From Rebecca billardiae RCC1528 (taxonomy: Eukaryota; Protista; Haptophyta), in NCBI GenBank assembly GCA_965240325.2, contig OZ251224.1, forward strand, positions 1,674,001-1,738,000: a stretch of DNA of 64,000 nucleotides, read 5' to 3'. Of the stretch, positions 26,360 through 38,571 are shown piece by piece. Numbering within the stretch: the first letter of the stretch is position 1; each line of letters begins with the position of its first letter. Under the pieces are notes generated by a model, which worked only from the letters and a program-made list of their open reading frames with translations, was not told the DNA's origin and did no database searches. Both the position numbers and the translations under genes were made by a program.

Positions 26360-27617
26360 ATGGACATCGTACCGGTGCGATTCAAGGTCTCCGAGCAGGA
26401 GTTCGCGGCAAGTAAGGGGACGATCAAGGAGATGCTGCTCGAGCGCGGCTACCGGCCGCGTACAGAGCCCGTCAGCAGGCTCAACGAACGCGTTGTCTAT
26501 GCTCTGGAGGTGCACACACGCCACCCTGTGCAGCGCACGGCCGGTGCATGTGCGTCTCGGGGGTTCCGTGTTGACACACCGCTTCCACCCTGCCGCCCCC
26601 TGCCCCTCGCAGAAGCACTCCTACGCCCGACAGCCCGTGCAGCTGCCCCCGGTGAAGCGCAGCGCAGATGGCCGCGGTGCCTCGCAGCGCACCCGCGCAG
26701 ATGAGGAGGCGGAGCTCATCCGTGCGCGGGTTGCTGGAAAAGCGGAGCAGATCGCGCGAGAGACGCGCGCGCTCTACCAGCAGCGCCTGCAGAAGTGCGT
26801 CATCCGCGCCACCTCCTCGTCCCCCTGCCTCTGACGTGCTGCCCCTTTGCTCACAGCCGTGTCGCACCCGCCTCTGCACGTCGCGGCGCAGGATCATGAA
26901 TAATGGGATCTTCAGCGAGGAGGCAAATCGCATCCGCATGGAGACCATGTATCAGTCCACGCTGCTCGAGAAGCTGAACTGGGACGACCTTGCGCGTGAG
27001 GCTGAGCTCGAGGTCCGCTCGGGCGCACCGCAGCAGCAGGTGGGCGCAGCGTGCGCGCCCTCCTCGCGCCGCGTGCACAGCGCGCGCGCACCCAGGAGAC
27101 GGCTGGGGCGCCCTGAACGCGCACTCATCGCTTCGCGCGATGGCACGCGTGCTCTGCTCCCCCCCAGGTCCTTGGCGCGCACGATTTTGCGGGCGGCCTG
27201 GGCGCCAAGCTTGACAAGGCGCTCGTGCGGCAACAAGCCCATGCTACAGCACCACAGCGCGTTTCCAACCGGCGCAGCGTCGCGCAACGGCACCGACGGA
27301 GCATGGACGCCTCCGCGGGAGGGGCGGGCATGGGCAGCAGGGAGAGCATCAGGCACCGCAATCTTACATCCGCGGAGGGCCAGGCCCCGCTGCCGAGTGC
27401 GCGCTCATCCCTTGCCCCCTCGAGGCAGTCCGGCGCTGGCGAGAGCGTGTCGGCGATGCCGTTGCCCCCCGGGGCGGTTGCAGCAGCAGCGGGCAACGGC
27501 ATGGTGTCTGCAGCGCGCACTTCCGGCGGCAAGCGGCCAAGCACCGAGGCCAATGCCGAGCTGCAACTACATCACGCAACATCGACGCGTCTGTCAGTCC
27601 CAGGCATGGCTGGATGA
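26360..27617 (+). CDS. Hypothetical protein, about 3 introns
   Basis: Coding-like exons (MDIVPVRFKVSEQEF, KHSYARQP, IMNNGIFSEEANR) separated by GT-AG segments. No family recognised. Confidence 0.5.
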
Positions 27618-28371
27618 CGGGCGAAGCCTTAGGAGCCGACAACGTACTAATTATTGACAGTATATATATATATATATATACATATATATTAATTCATTAA
27701 AATTAATACGGTACGTCGTCGTATTAATAAGTTATACGCCGAGCCACTTATGGGCTGTAACTTATTTCGATTGGCGATCTTTAAGTAGTATAGTTTGTTT
27801 TCTCGTGCTGCAGCATTGTACATCGCTTACTAAGCTACTGCCGACTCTGCCGAGTGCCGCCAGCAAGCTGCAAAGCCTGCATCACTTAATACTGTAACTG
27901 CTGACTGAGTGCTGGGCACTGAGGGACGACTCGTTGAGTCATAAGTCAAAATATGCCAGCTATTAATTCGAATTCATATAACGACGACTACTTCGAGACG
28001 ACGGCTGACGACGCGTGGCACCGCGACCACCGCGGTGGCGCGCGCGCGTCGACGCCAGACGGTGCGTCGAGCTTCCGCTCGGCGATGGAGTGATGGGCGA
28101 CTACGAGAGGGGGGGGACGACGGCGAGGAGCGCTGATCCTGGTGTTTGTCTCTGCTGCTCGATCTGATGCTGCTACAGCTTGCTGACTTTGACGCCTGCC
28201 CGTTGCATACCACGTCGTTAATATAATGGCGGGCCGTAGGTCCGCCCCTTGTAGTGCCCGGGGAAAAGTTAAGAAAAGAAAAGAAAAAAGTAAATCGCCT
28301 CGCCAAGAAACGAATACAAGTAATCGCTTCGCTCACTAACTACCGGGCGCCCTCGCAGCTCCCACAGACCC

Positions 28372-28443
28372 TGGCCAGGGTAGGGCTGGAGGCTTCGGCC
28401 GCCAGCCTGATCACCCGGAGCCCGTTATAAAGGGGAATTTAAA
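28372..28443 (+). mobile_element. 5'-truncated non-LTR retroelement 3' tail (family B)
   Basis: Shared 3' end CCCGTTATAAAGGGGAATTTAAA, flanked by direct repeat AGACCC (28366-28371 and 28444-28449). Confidence 0.65.
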
Positions 28444-28949
28444 AGACCCACTGGGCCCTTCAGTCTGGGGACGCTCGGCAGAAAACACAGTTCCGGGTGG
28501 CGCGGAGCGCGTGGGCCGCGCGCGCCAAATCCAACGCCGGCGCGGACATCGCGCGATGATTCCCGAGACGTATTTTCGCCCGATTCGCGATTGCTCCCCT
28601 CGTCGTCTCGCGTGCAGGTCGAACGTGGGCCAAAGTCAACGCGTTTGGAGGTACGCTCGGCGCGTCGACACGATCGTGCGACCTGGGGCGGTCCTCGCCC
28701 GACTTGCACGTCGAGCGCTCGCACTGGCTATCGTATCAAGCGCTGCGCACGACAACCACCTCGCGCGATCCACCGCCGCGCGTCGGGCTCGGTGCGGAAA
28801 GGCCCTCATCACGAGGTGTCCCGCGGGCGGGAAGCGCCATCGCACGCGACGCAAGATTTGGCGCGGCCTTCTGAACTCGATCGCCGGAATCCGCGCACCG
28901 GACTCAGTCCTCGCTCGCGGTCCCTCAGCCGAAGCCCACGTCCGGCCTG

Positions 28950-29675
28950 CATGGCGTCGACGGTGACCAATGCGACGGAAGCGCAGCGCCAACGGCGTAC
29001 GACGCGCAGCGGACGCACCTCCCGGGTCTGTCGCCGTGGCAGCAACCGTGTCTTCACGAGTTGGCGACTCTCGCCGCAGCGTGACGCAGACAAGCCCGTG
29101 ATGCCATCCGCAGAGAGATGAAACGTCGAGCATGCAACATCGCCGCGCCATCCTCGTCCATGGCGCAGGCGCTGCGGGACGAGGCGGACGTCGTCAGGCC
29201 GATGACGGATGCGCTGCGATTCGTGTGTTTACTCGAGCATCTCGTGCCCACTCTCGATCGCGATTGGCACACGCTGTCGCTGTGCGCGCGCGCGCACAAC
29301 CAACAGCTGCTCGTGCCGCCGAACACGCGGGTGCCAGACCTGTCGCACGAGGCGAAAAGCGACGACCGCGCGAACGTCAACGCGCTCGTGCTCAGCGTGG
29401 CAGCCGTGTACGACGTCAACGCGACCTGCGCCGAGCCCATCATGCCCGGAGCAGACATCGGCAAGCATCCTCGCGACGACCGCTCTCGGCTGGCGGCAGG
29501 AGGACATGCACACGATCTACTCTGGCGGCTTCGTCGGCGGCGACTGCGGCGCTCGATGACGCCATCGCGGTCGAGATGCGGCACATACACCGCGTACCCG
29601 CGCTCGCGCGGAGCAACGGGCAACCCGCCCCGCCCCGCGTGCTGCACATTCCCTCGTGGGTGTGGGCCTCGCTGA
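28950..29675 (+). pseudogene. Coding-like remnant of unknown origin, probably frameshifted
   Basis: Codon-biased stretches (MAQALRDEADVVRPMTDALRFVCLLEHL...) in a repeat-rich region. No motif recognised. Confidence 0.25.
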
Positions 29676-30081
29676 TGCGCGCAGAATGACGGACGGACGT
29701 ACACGCCTGGGAGCCACTTCAGATGTCACTGGTCCGACTGTCCGTCACCACGGCCACGAGCGCATGTGGAAAGACGCAAACCCGCAGAGGAAACATTGTG
29801 ACAGCACTGGCACGGCCCGCCGACCCCCCTCCCCCGCCCGCCAGGGCACAGTTTTATTGACTAGTGTCGTAGTGATATTCAGGGAACGCTGCACGGTCAG
29901 TATTAGCTTACCCCAAAGTACGTGCAGGGTCTAGCTGACATCCGGACCTGCACTTTCGCCCTTGCTCGGGGCATCACAGCTGGTCATGCGAGCCGCGCAG
30001 CGCAGGTGGATCGCGCTGCTACTTCAGCAGCTCAAGGCCGCGCTCAAGCTTTACGATCGCGTGCAGGCTATGACTCTCGCC

Positions 30082-30844
30082 ATTCCCCTTTATAACGGGC
30101 TCCGGGTCGGATCAGACTGGCGGCCGAAGCCTCCAGCCCTACCCTGGCCAGCCCCCAACCAACCACCACCCTCACCCTTGAACCTCAAACCACTGACCGA
30201 GACACCGGTAGTGCCTTGACACCACTCCACTGTGGACAGCCCGCCTCCAGAGGGGGCGGGGGTATGCCATTGCCAACAGGCATACAAGCCCAACACTGTG
30301 GGGTGGTCCCAGGTACAAGCAATGCACTGCCTTGCAATTCGAGTCATCGAGTCCGACCGATCGAGTGTGAGCCGAGTCGGCAGAAGGGGCACTCCCCCTA
30401 GGGTGCCCCAGTGTGGGCAGAGGGCCAGCCACTAGCCGATCCCTGCGCGGGGAAGGGGACGGAGGGGCCCGACTGTCAGCGAGCCCAGTAGCTGGGCAGG
30501 GGTCTGGGCCACTGGCCCTGGCAGCAAGGCGCCTGTATTTCACTCGTGCGGCTATGGAGGCAGCCGGGGGTCATGTCAGACATGTGTGCGACATCTGGCA
30601 TCAAGTCAGGGCGTGGGCCGCTGTAGCGGAAGCAAGCAGAGTGGTGGCGACTCTGGCTAATACGCCTGGAGGTGTCGTTTGCGCGCCTCTTCCTGCTGCT
30701 CTTTGCAGGGGGTAGCGTGCTCCGCTGCGCAGGCTGAGCCTGCCTGCCAGTTGGTGCTAGGATAGGCACATTTGCCTGGCGGGGTGGGCAGTGTCGTTTG
30801 GCCGTTTGGGCGGGGGGCTGTCTTGCTGAGCTTGGCTAGGAGGC
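30082..30844 (-). mobile_element. Longest copy of family B retroelement 3' region; 5' boundary approximate
   Basis: Reverse complement of the family B tail at 30082-30246, continuing into unique sequence without an intact ORF. Confidence 0.5.
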
Positions 30845-30957
30845 CACCAACGCCGACTTCGTGTCGACGATCGGGCACTGCCGCCGACGAATCAGGAGCC
30901 ACCCGCGTCGTCCTACTACCTGTGTCGTTAAATCATAGAATGGGTCTAAGTGGCGTA

Positions 30958-31590
30958 CAGTTGACTATGTTTTAACGTGCACACTTGGTTAAGGCGTGAT
31001 TGACGCCATCCAATTCCTTTGATCCAACACTGCACAAAGACACCTAGGCGGGCTGTCCACAGTGGAGTGGTGTCAAGACACTAGGTGTCTCGGTCAGTGG
31101 TTTGAGGTTGGGTGAGGGTGGTGGTTGGTTGGGGGCTGGCCAGGGTAGGGCTGGAGGCTTCGGCCGCCAGCCTGATCACCCGGAGCCCGTTATAAAGGGG
31201 AATTTAAAAAAACCGCCACAAAACAGACCGGCGCAGGCAGGTGAGGGGACTTGCCGCCGCCACAAAACAGACCGGCGCAGGCAGGTGAGGGGACTTGCAA
31301 GTCCCCTCACCTGCCTGCGCCGGTCTGTTTTGTGGCGGTGTCTTTGTGCAGTGTCTCGGTCAGTGGTTTGAGGTTGGGTGAGGGTGGTGGTTGGTTGGGG
31401 GCTGGCCAGGGTAGGGCTGGAGGCTTCGGCCGCCAGTCTGATCACCCGGAGCCCGTTATAAAGGGGAATTTATATTATTAGTGTTGGATGGCGTTAATCA
31501 CGCCTTACGCCTGCCTGAGCTGTGTGCGTCTCTTATTCTTAGTAAACTGTAACCAAGACAGTGTGCACGTTACAGTAATCAGAGAAACTG
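30958..31590. mobile_element. L-type Tc1/mariner-like foldback MITE containing two family B insertions (31046-31211, 31351-31479) and an R-type end (31508-31549)
   Basis: Begins TA|CAGTTGACTATG. Its long TIRs meet at the palindrome centre GGGGACTTGCAAGTCCCC, and the right end is degenerate. Confidence 0.65.
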
Positions 31591-31659
31591 ACCATACTTG
31601 TGCGTTTCGCACCGCAGGAGTCGCGCGAGGGCCGAGGCGGCAGGCGTCGTTATATCAGC

Positions 31660-33465
31660 ATGCCCCGCGGCTCCGCGAACGGTGCGAGCCGCCATGCGAC
31701 CCTCGCCCTGCTCATCTTCGGGCCCGTCTCGCACCTGCTCGGCGGGCTCAAGCTCGTCGACGCTGCGCCGTGCGCCTCCTGCGACGGAGGCGAGCTGCTG
31801 TGCAACACGAACACGCCGCCCACTGCCGACCTCAACGGCGCCGACGACTCGGGAGGCTACACCGGGCGTGACAAGCTCTGGTCGTTTTCGAACACCTATG
31901 GCACGGACATCAAGCTCACGATCAACACGGAGGGCACCATCAATACGATGGGCGGTGACTCGACCGCGATCTCGGTCTATAGCGACGAGGCGCTCACGGC
32001 TCTCGTGGGCAAGGACGGCACCACCTGCTCAGACTATCTGACTTACTCGGACGCGGGTCTGACGGTCACCGTCAGCTCGGGCACCACCGTCTACGCGCTT
32101 ATCGACGGCCAGCAAGACGGCGGGGTAGCTGGTTACAGCAACGTCTTTCTCAACATCTGCTGCTCACTCACCTCCGCCACCCCCACGGTGTGCTCGACGA
32201 GCTTCGGCAGCGATGGCGATTGCACCGATTCGTTTTCAACGGCACCCAGCCCACCGCCATCGCCGCCGCCAAGCCCGCCGCCCTCGCCTCCCCCACCCTC
32301 GCCGCCGCCAAGCCCGCCGCCATCGCCGCCGCCGAGCCCGCCGCCATCGCCGCCGCCGCCCACGCCGCCACCCTCACCGCCGCCAAGCCCGCCGCCATCG
32401 CCGCCGCCGAGCCCGCCGCCATCGCCGCCGCCGCCCACGCCGCCACCCTCGCCGCCGCCAAGCCCGCCGCCCTCGCCTCCCCCATCACCGCCACCGCCGA
32501 GCCCGCCGCCATCGCCGCCGCCATCACCGCCGCCACCGTTACTGCCCTTGCCGCCGCCCTCGCCACCACCATCGCCGCCGCCACCGAGCCCGCCGCCATC
32601 GCCACCGCCTAGCCCGCCGCCCACGCCGCCGCCGAGCCCGCCGCCCACGCCGCCGCCGAGCCCGCCGCCATCGCCACCACCGAGCCCGCCGCCATCGCCA
32701 CCACCAAGTCCACCACCGTCGCCACCACCGAGCCCACCGCCGTCGCCACCACCGAGCCCGCCGCCCACGCCGCCGCCGAGCCCGCCGCCATCGCCGCCGC
32801 CGAGCCCGCCGCCATCGCCACCGCCGAGCCCGCCGCCATCGCCGCCGCCGAGCCCGCCGCCATCGCCGCCGCCGAGCCCACCGCCCACGCCGCCGCCGAG
32901 CCCGCCGCCATCGCCGCCGCCGAGCCCGCCGCCCACGCCGCCGCCGAGCCCGCCACCATCGCCGCCGCCGAGCCCGCCGCCCACGCCGCCGCCGAGCCCA
33001 CCGCCATCACCACCACCGAGTCCGCCGCCGTCGCCGCCGCCGAGCCCGCCGCCGCCCAGTCCACCGCCTAGCCCTCCCCCGAGTCCCCCCCCCACGCTCG
33101 TCGTGGGCGTCGACTGCATCTGCACGTCGGACGCCGCCCTGCTCGGATCCGCACGCCGGCAGCTGGGCGCGCTGCCGCACATCTCCGACGCGGTGGAGGA
33201 GCGCGAGAAGGCGCTCGAGGGGGGTCGCGGGCGCGGGCGCGGGCGCCCGGCAGCCGTGCGCACTGCGCGCGGGGGGCACGGCCGGCACGACGCGGGTGCG
33301 GCGCAGAGAGCGTCCCCGCCCCGCGCAGCCTTTGTCCGGGCGATGGCGCGGAGCATCTCACGTATCGGCGCCGCGGGCGAGCAGCAGCATTCTGCGCCTC
33401 AGCGACGCGAGCTGCTTTTCGGTGGCCTGGCGCTGCTGCCGCTGTGCCCAGACTACATTTGCTGA
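31660..33465 (+). CDS. Secreted SPPP/TPPP-repeat (extensin/pherophorin-like) glycoprotein
   Basis: Hydrophobic leader, Cys-containing globular domain, about 280 aa of (S/T)PPP repeats (32245-33095) and a Cys-containing C-terminus. Confidence 0.8.
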   Translation: MPRGSANGASRHATLALLIFGPVSHLLGGLKLVDAAPCASCDGGELLCNTNTPPTADLNGADDSGGYTGRDKLWSFSNTYGTDIKLTINTEGTINTMGGDSTAISVYSDEALTALVGKDGTTCSDYLTYSDAGLTVTVSSGTTVYALIDGQQDGGVAGYSNVFLNICCSLTSATPTVCSTSFGSDGDCTDSFSTAPSPPPSPPPSPPPSPPPPSPPPSPPPSPPPSPPPSPPPPTPPPSPPPSPPPSPPPSPPPSPPPPTPPPSPPPSPPPSPPPSPPPPSPPPSPPPSPPPPLLPLPPPSPPPSPPPPSPPPSPPPSPPPTPPPSPPPTPPPSPPPSPPPSPPPSPPPSPPPSPPPSPPPSPPPSPPPTPPPSPPPSPPPSPPPSPPPSPPPSPPPSPPPSPPPSPPPTPPPSPPPSPPPSPPPTPPPSPPPSPPPSPPPTPPPSPPPSPPPSPPPSPPPSPPPPSPPPSPPPSPPPTLVVGVDCICTSDAALLGSARRQLGALPHISDAVEEREKALEGGRGRGRGRPAAVRTARGGHGRHDAGAAQRASPPRAAFVRAMARSISRIGAAGEQQHSAPQRRELLFGGLALLPLCPDYIC

Positions 33466-33497
33466 CGGCCCACGCATTGGCCGTCAGCGAGGCCAGT

Positions 33498-36130
33498 GGC
33501 AGGTGCTCACGAGCCTCACGACCGCGTCCGGCGCCAGCCGCTCCGGCGCCGACCAGTCTCCGAGGTAGCCGCGGAGGATCTCGATCAGCGCGCTGAGCAC
33601 ACCGATCCCCGCGCACATAGTGACATACATGGCCAAGTAGTTGAGCCTGACGTCGCGTCTGCCGGCTCTGCCGCCTCTGACGGGCCGCACTGTCAGCAGC
33701 AATAATTGACACTACTGCTGCTGCTTATAATAATATATGACCGCGTTCCGCGGTCCTTCCGTAGAACCAACGTAGTTAGGGGCCCGCGGTGCACCCTCCG
33801 TCGGCTGCTGTCTCAGTCTGGTCAACATGGCGGGCCGATGAGGACTGTCGCCGCGGGCCGCGCGAAGAAGCGGCCCGGCGGCCGGCCGGGGGCGGCGCCG
33901 GCGCGCGCACTGGGCGAGCGAGAACTCCGAGAGGCGCCGCGCGGCGCGGGCCGGCGCGTGCGGGCGTGCGGGCGCACCTGCCTTGAGGTGCTCGCGCTGC
34001 GCCATGCGCTCGACGACGGGCCGCTGGTCGCTCAGCCGGCGCGCCTCGTGCCGGCAGAGCCAGAGCGCGCACCACTGCTGGCCCCACCCGCCCAGCCTGC
34101 GCTCACTCACTCACGGCGCTGCGCAGCCGCGCACCGAGAGGCGAGACCGAGCGGAGCTCGGGGTGGAACGAGGCGAGCGGCGGGTCGCGCCTGCCGCCGC
34201 GCGTGCGCGCCTGCTCTACCGCGCCACCGTGCTCGCCCGCCGCCTCCTCCGCCGCGTCGGCCTCGAAGCCACGGCGGCGGCCAGCCAGCCTCCGACCGAG
34301 GCGCGGAGCCCGTGTGTGCTCACTCACCCGGCGCGGTGGCGCCCTCGAGTCGACGGCCGTCTACTCCACAGCTGGCTGCTCGAGCTGCTGCGCGGGGCGT
34401 CGCGACGAGGGCGCCGCGCGCGCCCAGCGCGTCCGTCGCCGCGTCGTGCAGCGCGTCGAGCTCGGCGCCGCGCTTCGCCAGCTCGGCGCCCAGCGCCTCC
34501 ATCCACGCGCACGTGCTCATTCGATTGTCGTCATCGCGCTCGTCGGCTCCGTGGCGAGCCCGCGGGGCGGACGAGCGGACTGCTGCGCGCCGCAGCAGGA
34601 GCAGCGCGTGGCGCGCAGCGCTCCGCGCGCAGCAGGGCCGTCTCCTCATCCACCGAGTGCACGGCCTGCGCGGCGGCGACGGCGGCGCGCGCCGGCCGGG
34701 GGGACGCACGCGCCGCCCGAGATTAGTCCGGCCGCCGAGCCGCGGTGGCGGCGTCGGCGTGCGCGCCGGGCGAGGTGGGCGAGCTCACGCGGCCCGGGCT
34801 CAGCACGCCCGTGCACAGCGCCGGCCGCGGTGGCGAGCGCGCACCGCTCGGCCGCGGTGGCAACCGGCTAGCGGTTCGGTTTGAAGCCGCGAGGTCAGCG
34901 ACGTCTCCGATGACTCGGCCATGATTGTGGTCCTCCTTCGCCCACGTGTGCTTTGTCGACCATCCGCTGGAGGCGCGCCAACGTCGGTACGGACAGCGCC
35001 TGCTTGAGCGTCGTGATGTGCATCAGCTCGAGCCGGCCGAAGATGGGCCCGCCGACGGCGATGATATTATGTGCGCGCTTGCCGCTGGGCACGTCGTCCT
35101 CCTCGTCGCGAGACGCTGGCGGGCGGGTAACCCGAAGTTTTTCTTTCATTACCCCCATATGGCACAGGAGGTTCATCCATCGAGACAGACGGGTAACTTG
35201 GTTCAACAAGCGCCATTCAAAACAATCCCTTCATTATGACACAGGAGGTTCATCCATCGAGGCAGGCGGGTAACTTGGTTGGACAAGCGCTATTGAAAAG
35301 AATCTCTTTTGATATGACGAGGCGGTTCATCCTTCGAGACAGGCGGGTAACGTATTTGAACAAGCACTATTCAAAAGAATCTGGCCTCATAGCTGTTTTC
35401 GACCCAAAACAATCAAACGTCGCTCGGCAAACTCGTACTTCAGCATACAAGAGGGATAGGAATACTCACTTGTTTCACCCCCGGGTATCTGATCCCACGT
35501 CCGTCCATCGACATACGGCGAATTGGCGGGCGCGCTTATTTCGTCAATCGCTTCTTGCGGATAGACAGCAATGTACGACGGTGTACCCCTCGAAAAAGCG
35601 AAAATTCACCCTCCAACAGCCCTCAAAATCGTCCCCCGTCCCCTTTTCTTTGATCAAAAGATCTTTTTGACAACGTAGTGAGGGCCCCCGGCGGGGCTCC
35701 ACGCTACGCGCTCCGCCCTGCACCGCGGGCCATTATAATAATAATAAATTGACGATGACAGTCCTTATTGAACTCGCCGAGTCGCCTGCGTCGGGCGGCA
35801 CGCCGCCGGGGTCGGCGGGGAGCGTCAGTCAGCGTGCGCAGTGTCAGCACAGTGTGTGCTTGTTGTCAACTACACTCATCTAGTCACCGCTCAGCACAGA
35901 GCGGGCAAGCTCACCATCCCGCGAACGGCTCCGATGGCACCGCTGGCATGAAGGCGAAGCCCGGCCACGACCAGCACAGCCCTGCGTGCAGGCGACGAGA
36001 GCCTCGTGCACCAGCACCGCATCTGACGGGTCGTCGGCGCGCAGGCTGCAGCGGCTCTCACGCAGCCGAATGGCGATGAATGCAGCATTGTGCAGGCCAG
36101 CTACAGTGAAGGCTGCGCGAATCGGCGCGC
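33498..36130 (-). pseudogene. Decayed duplicate of the PRXL2-like gene, split by element E4
   Basis: About 33515-33648 matches about 37060-37178, and about 35797-36045 matches about 37218-37350, collinearly and with indels. Confidence 0.7.
33738..35732 (-). mobile_element. Hairpin/asymmetric-IR element, copy E4
   Basis: A|TGACCGCGTTCCGCGGTC...GGCCCGCGGTGCA at the left and TGCACCGCGGGCCA|T at the right. The first 0.9 kb or so is homologous to E1. Confidence 0.72.
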
Positions 36131-36679
36131 CGCGGCTAGTCTGAGCGTTGCCGACTGCGATGCCGACTGTCAAGTCAGACCGTAATGGCTACGTACTTAT
36201 AACTTCAGTACCGTACTACGTCTACTGTATGAATTAAGTGTATGCGTATAGACTATAGTCTTAGTCTCACGCGCCCGCGCGGCCCGTCGGCGTCGGCCCG
36301 CGACTGATGCGAGTCCGACGGACAGTCTGTCAGTCACAGTACTCATCAGTAGCTATAGCTGCTATAGCAGTCATCATCGACGGATCTTGGCGCGCGACGA
36401 CGCACCAGTACCGCCGCAACTGCCAACTACTATGGGCATGATATGGCACGCACCGGTACGCTGCCGTCGTATGACAGTATACTACGGGCTGCTGCGCCAT
36501 GGAGCGCCAGTCACTAGCCAGTCACCAGTGCCCAGTCACAGCTTGGCGAACGGATCCGCGCCTGGCACTTCAATGACAAGGCAGTGCGGTCAGTGGGTCC
36601 CCGTTGGCGTTGGCCGCGTTCTGTACGTGCTGCGGACGCTATCGGCCGTTTGCAGCGCACAGCGCGAGCGCCAAGCGAG

Positions 36680-37750
36680 CTAGTCCGTCGCGACCCGGGC
36701 GCCACCGTCATCCACGAGCCCGAGCGGGTTGCATGCGCGCTCGGAGCCGATGTAGGGCGCGAGGAAGGCCAGTGGTCGGCTCATCGTCTCCGCGTAGGTG
36801 AGCACGCCCCTCGAGCGGTACTCGTACAGCAGCTCGCCTGCGGGGCCGAAGACGTACGTGGCGCCACGCCGCGCGATTTGCGTCGGGTCGCTCACGTACT
36901 CGTCCCAGTTGCTCAGCACCTCTACCATGTTGCGCAGCCGCACGGTCGCGAGCTCGACTGGCCGTTGGTAGCCCGCCTCGTCCTTCCACCAGTTGGAGTA
37001 GCGCAATGGGCCGAGCTTGACGGGGCCGACGCCCGGGCCGATCGTGACCGGCCCGGCCGTCACGACCGCGTCCGGCGCCAGCCGCTCCGGCGCCGACCTG
37101 TCTCCGAGGTAGCCGCGAAGGATCTCGATCAGCGTGCCGGGCGCGCCGATCCCCGCGCACATGGCCAAGTAATTGAGCCACGCATCTGCCGCCGGCCGCA
37201 CCAACTCGCCGTCGGGCGGCACGCCGCCGGGGAGCGTGCGCAGCAGCAGGGCGAGCACGCCGGCTGGCACGAAGCCCGGCCACGACCAGCACGGCCCTGC
37301 GTGCAGGCCGAGAGCCTCGTGCACCGCGCCTGACGGGTCGGCACGCAGGCAGCCGAGCGGCAGGCCAGTGAAGGCTGAGAACCGGCGAGCGGCCGGGGCG
37401 TCGCCGATGCCGATCACGCGGAGACGAATCTCGGCGGCGCGCAAGTCGTCTAGCACCGCGACTAGCTGCTCGCAGTATTCGCTCGAGTCGAACTCGCCCA
37501 GCTGCGGCAGCAGGACGACAAGCGAAAGCGGCTGCTTGCGCCTGCGCAGCGCTGCCGGCAGCCGTGGCGCAGGCTGGGCCAGGCCCTCGAGCGCGGGCAC
37601 GGGCCGGCCGTCTGTCGGGTTAATCACGCGCACTGCACGGATCGCCTGGTAGGGAGCGCTCGAGGTGAGAGCGGCTGCGTGCGCCACGCCCGCGAGCAGT
37701 GTCAGCGCAACTTCTCGAAATGAGCGGCCTGCATGGCATTTGGCCGGCAT
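36680..37750 (-). CDS. Peroxiredoxin-like 2 / AhpC-TSA_2 family protein, likely plastid-targeted
   Basis: [54 protein letters not shown] and RGATYVF, plus a signal peptide. Confidence 0.8.
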   Translation of the reverse strand: MPAKCHAGRSFREVALTLLAGVAHAAALTSSAPYQAIRAVRVINPTDGRPVPALEGLAQPAPRLPAALRRRKQPLSLVVLLPQLGEFDSSEYCEQLVAVLDDLRAAEIRLRVIGIGDAPAARRFSAFTGLPLGCLRADPSGAVHEALGLHAGPCWSWPGFVPAGVLALLLRTLPGGVPPDGELVRPAADAWLNYLAMCAGIGAPGTLIEILRGYLGDRSAPERLAPDAVVTAGPVTIGPGVGPVKLGPLRYSNWWKDEAGYQRPVELATVRLRNMVEVLSNWDEYVSDPTQIARRGATYVFGPAGELLYEYRSRGVLTYAETMSRPLAFLAPYIGSERACNPLGLVDDGGARVATD

Positions 37751-38571
37751 CGTAGCCGATGACGTCGCGCCACGGATCCACGATGGCGGCTGTGCGAGGG
37801 GAGGGAGGCAACTAAAATACTACTACTTGTAGCGTACTACTCATCAGTGTTAACGGACGAGTCCCTTGATGGCTGATCGGACTGAGCGAGAGTGCAATCT
37901 GAGTCGACGATAGCATAGAGCTCTCGTCATCCTCGATACGGCACCAAATGTGGCGACGCATCATTGTCGGACTCAGCGTCGGAGCTGCGCCAATTCGTGC
38001 AGCATAGTGCGGCTCCGCCTCACGCAGCCTGCGCCTCGTGCCGTCGCGAACTAGCCCGGGCCCTCGGGGCGGGCGCTCCTTGATCCTCCGAGCCAGGCAA
38101 CCAGCGCTCGCATCTGATGCGCATGATCGATGTTTTGCACTAATGACAGCCCGTGCAACGCAGCGCGGCTCGACCTTGTACCATGAGATCAAGCCAAGGA
38201 GATCTTGAGGCGACCTTGCTAATCTCCGCCAGCTCTGCGAAGCGCGCGCAAGGCAACACATGCACACGACGGACCGCCAATGCGAGGGGATGTGCGCTCA
38301 GATCGCACACGGTGTGCACGTGCATGCGGGCTGCGCAAAGCGCGCGCGCGCACCCTCCAGCCGCGCCGCCCTCAGACTTGCCCTTCGTAGCCTTTGTGGC
38401 GCCGCCAGCACCCTCCTTGCCCTTCGACTTGCCAGCTCCTGAAGGACGGCACAGCGGGGGCGAGAGGTGCGCGCGTGGCGGCGGGCTCAGCTGTTGCGGC
38501 AGTCGACGAGGCATGACGCGTAGCGTGAGCGCGAACCCTGCGTCAGGAAGCTGTGGAACAGGGCCGACTGT

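Noticed and set aside
28220-28320. Possible additional E-family end (ATGGCGGGCCG...)
   Set aside because: The similarity is superficial and lacks the conserved GATCTTTGATC block.
30082-30844. Penelope-like element with hammerhead ribozyme
   Set aside because: CTGATCA does not fit the CTGANGA core, and no RT or GIY-YIG motif was recognised.
35158-35382. Possible CRISPR array
   Set aside because: The units are contiguous diverged tandem repeats without unique spacers, there are no cas genes, and the context is eukaryotic.
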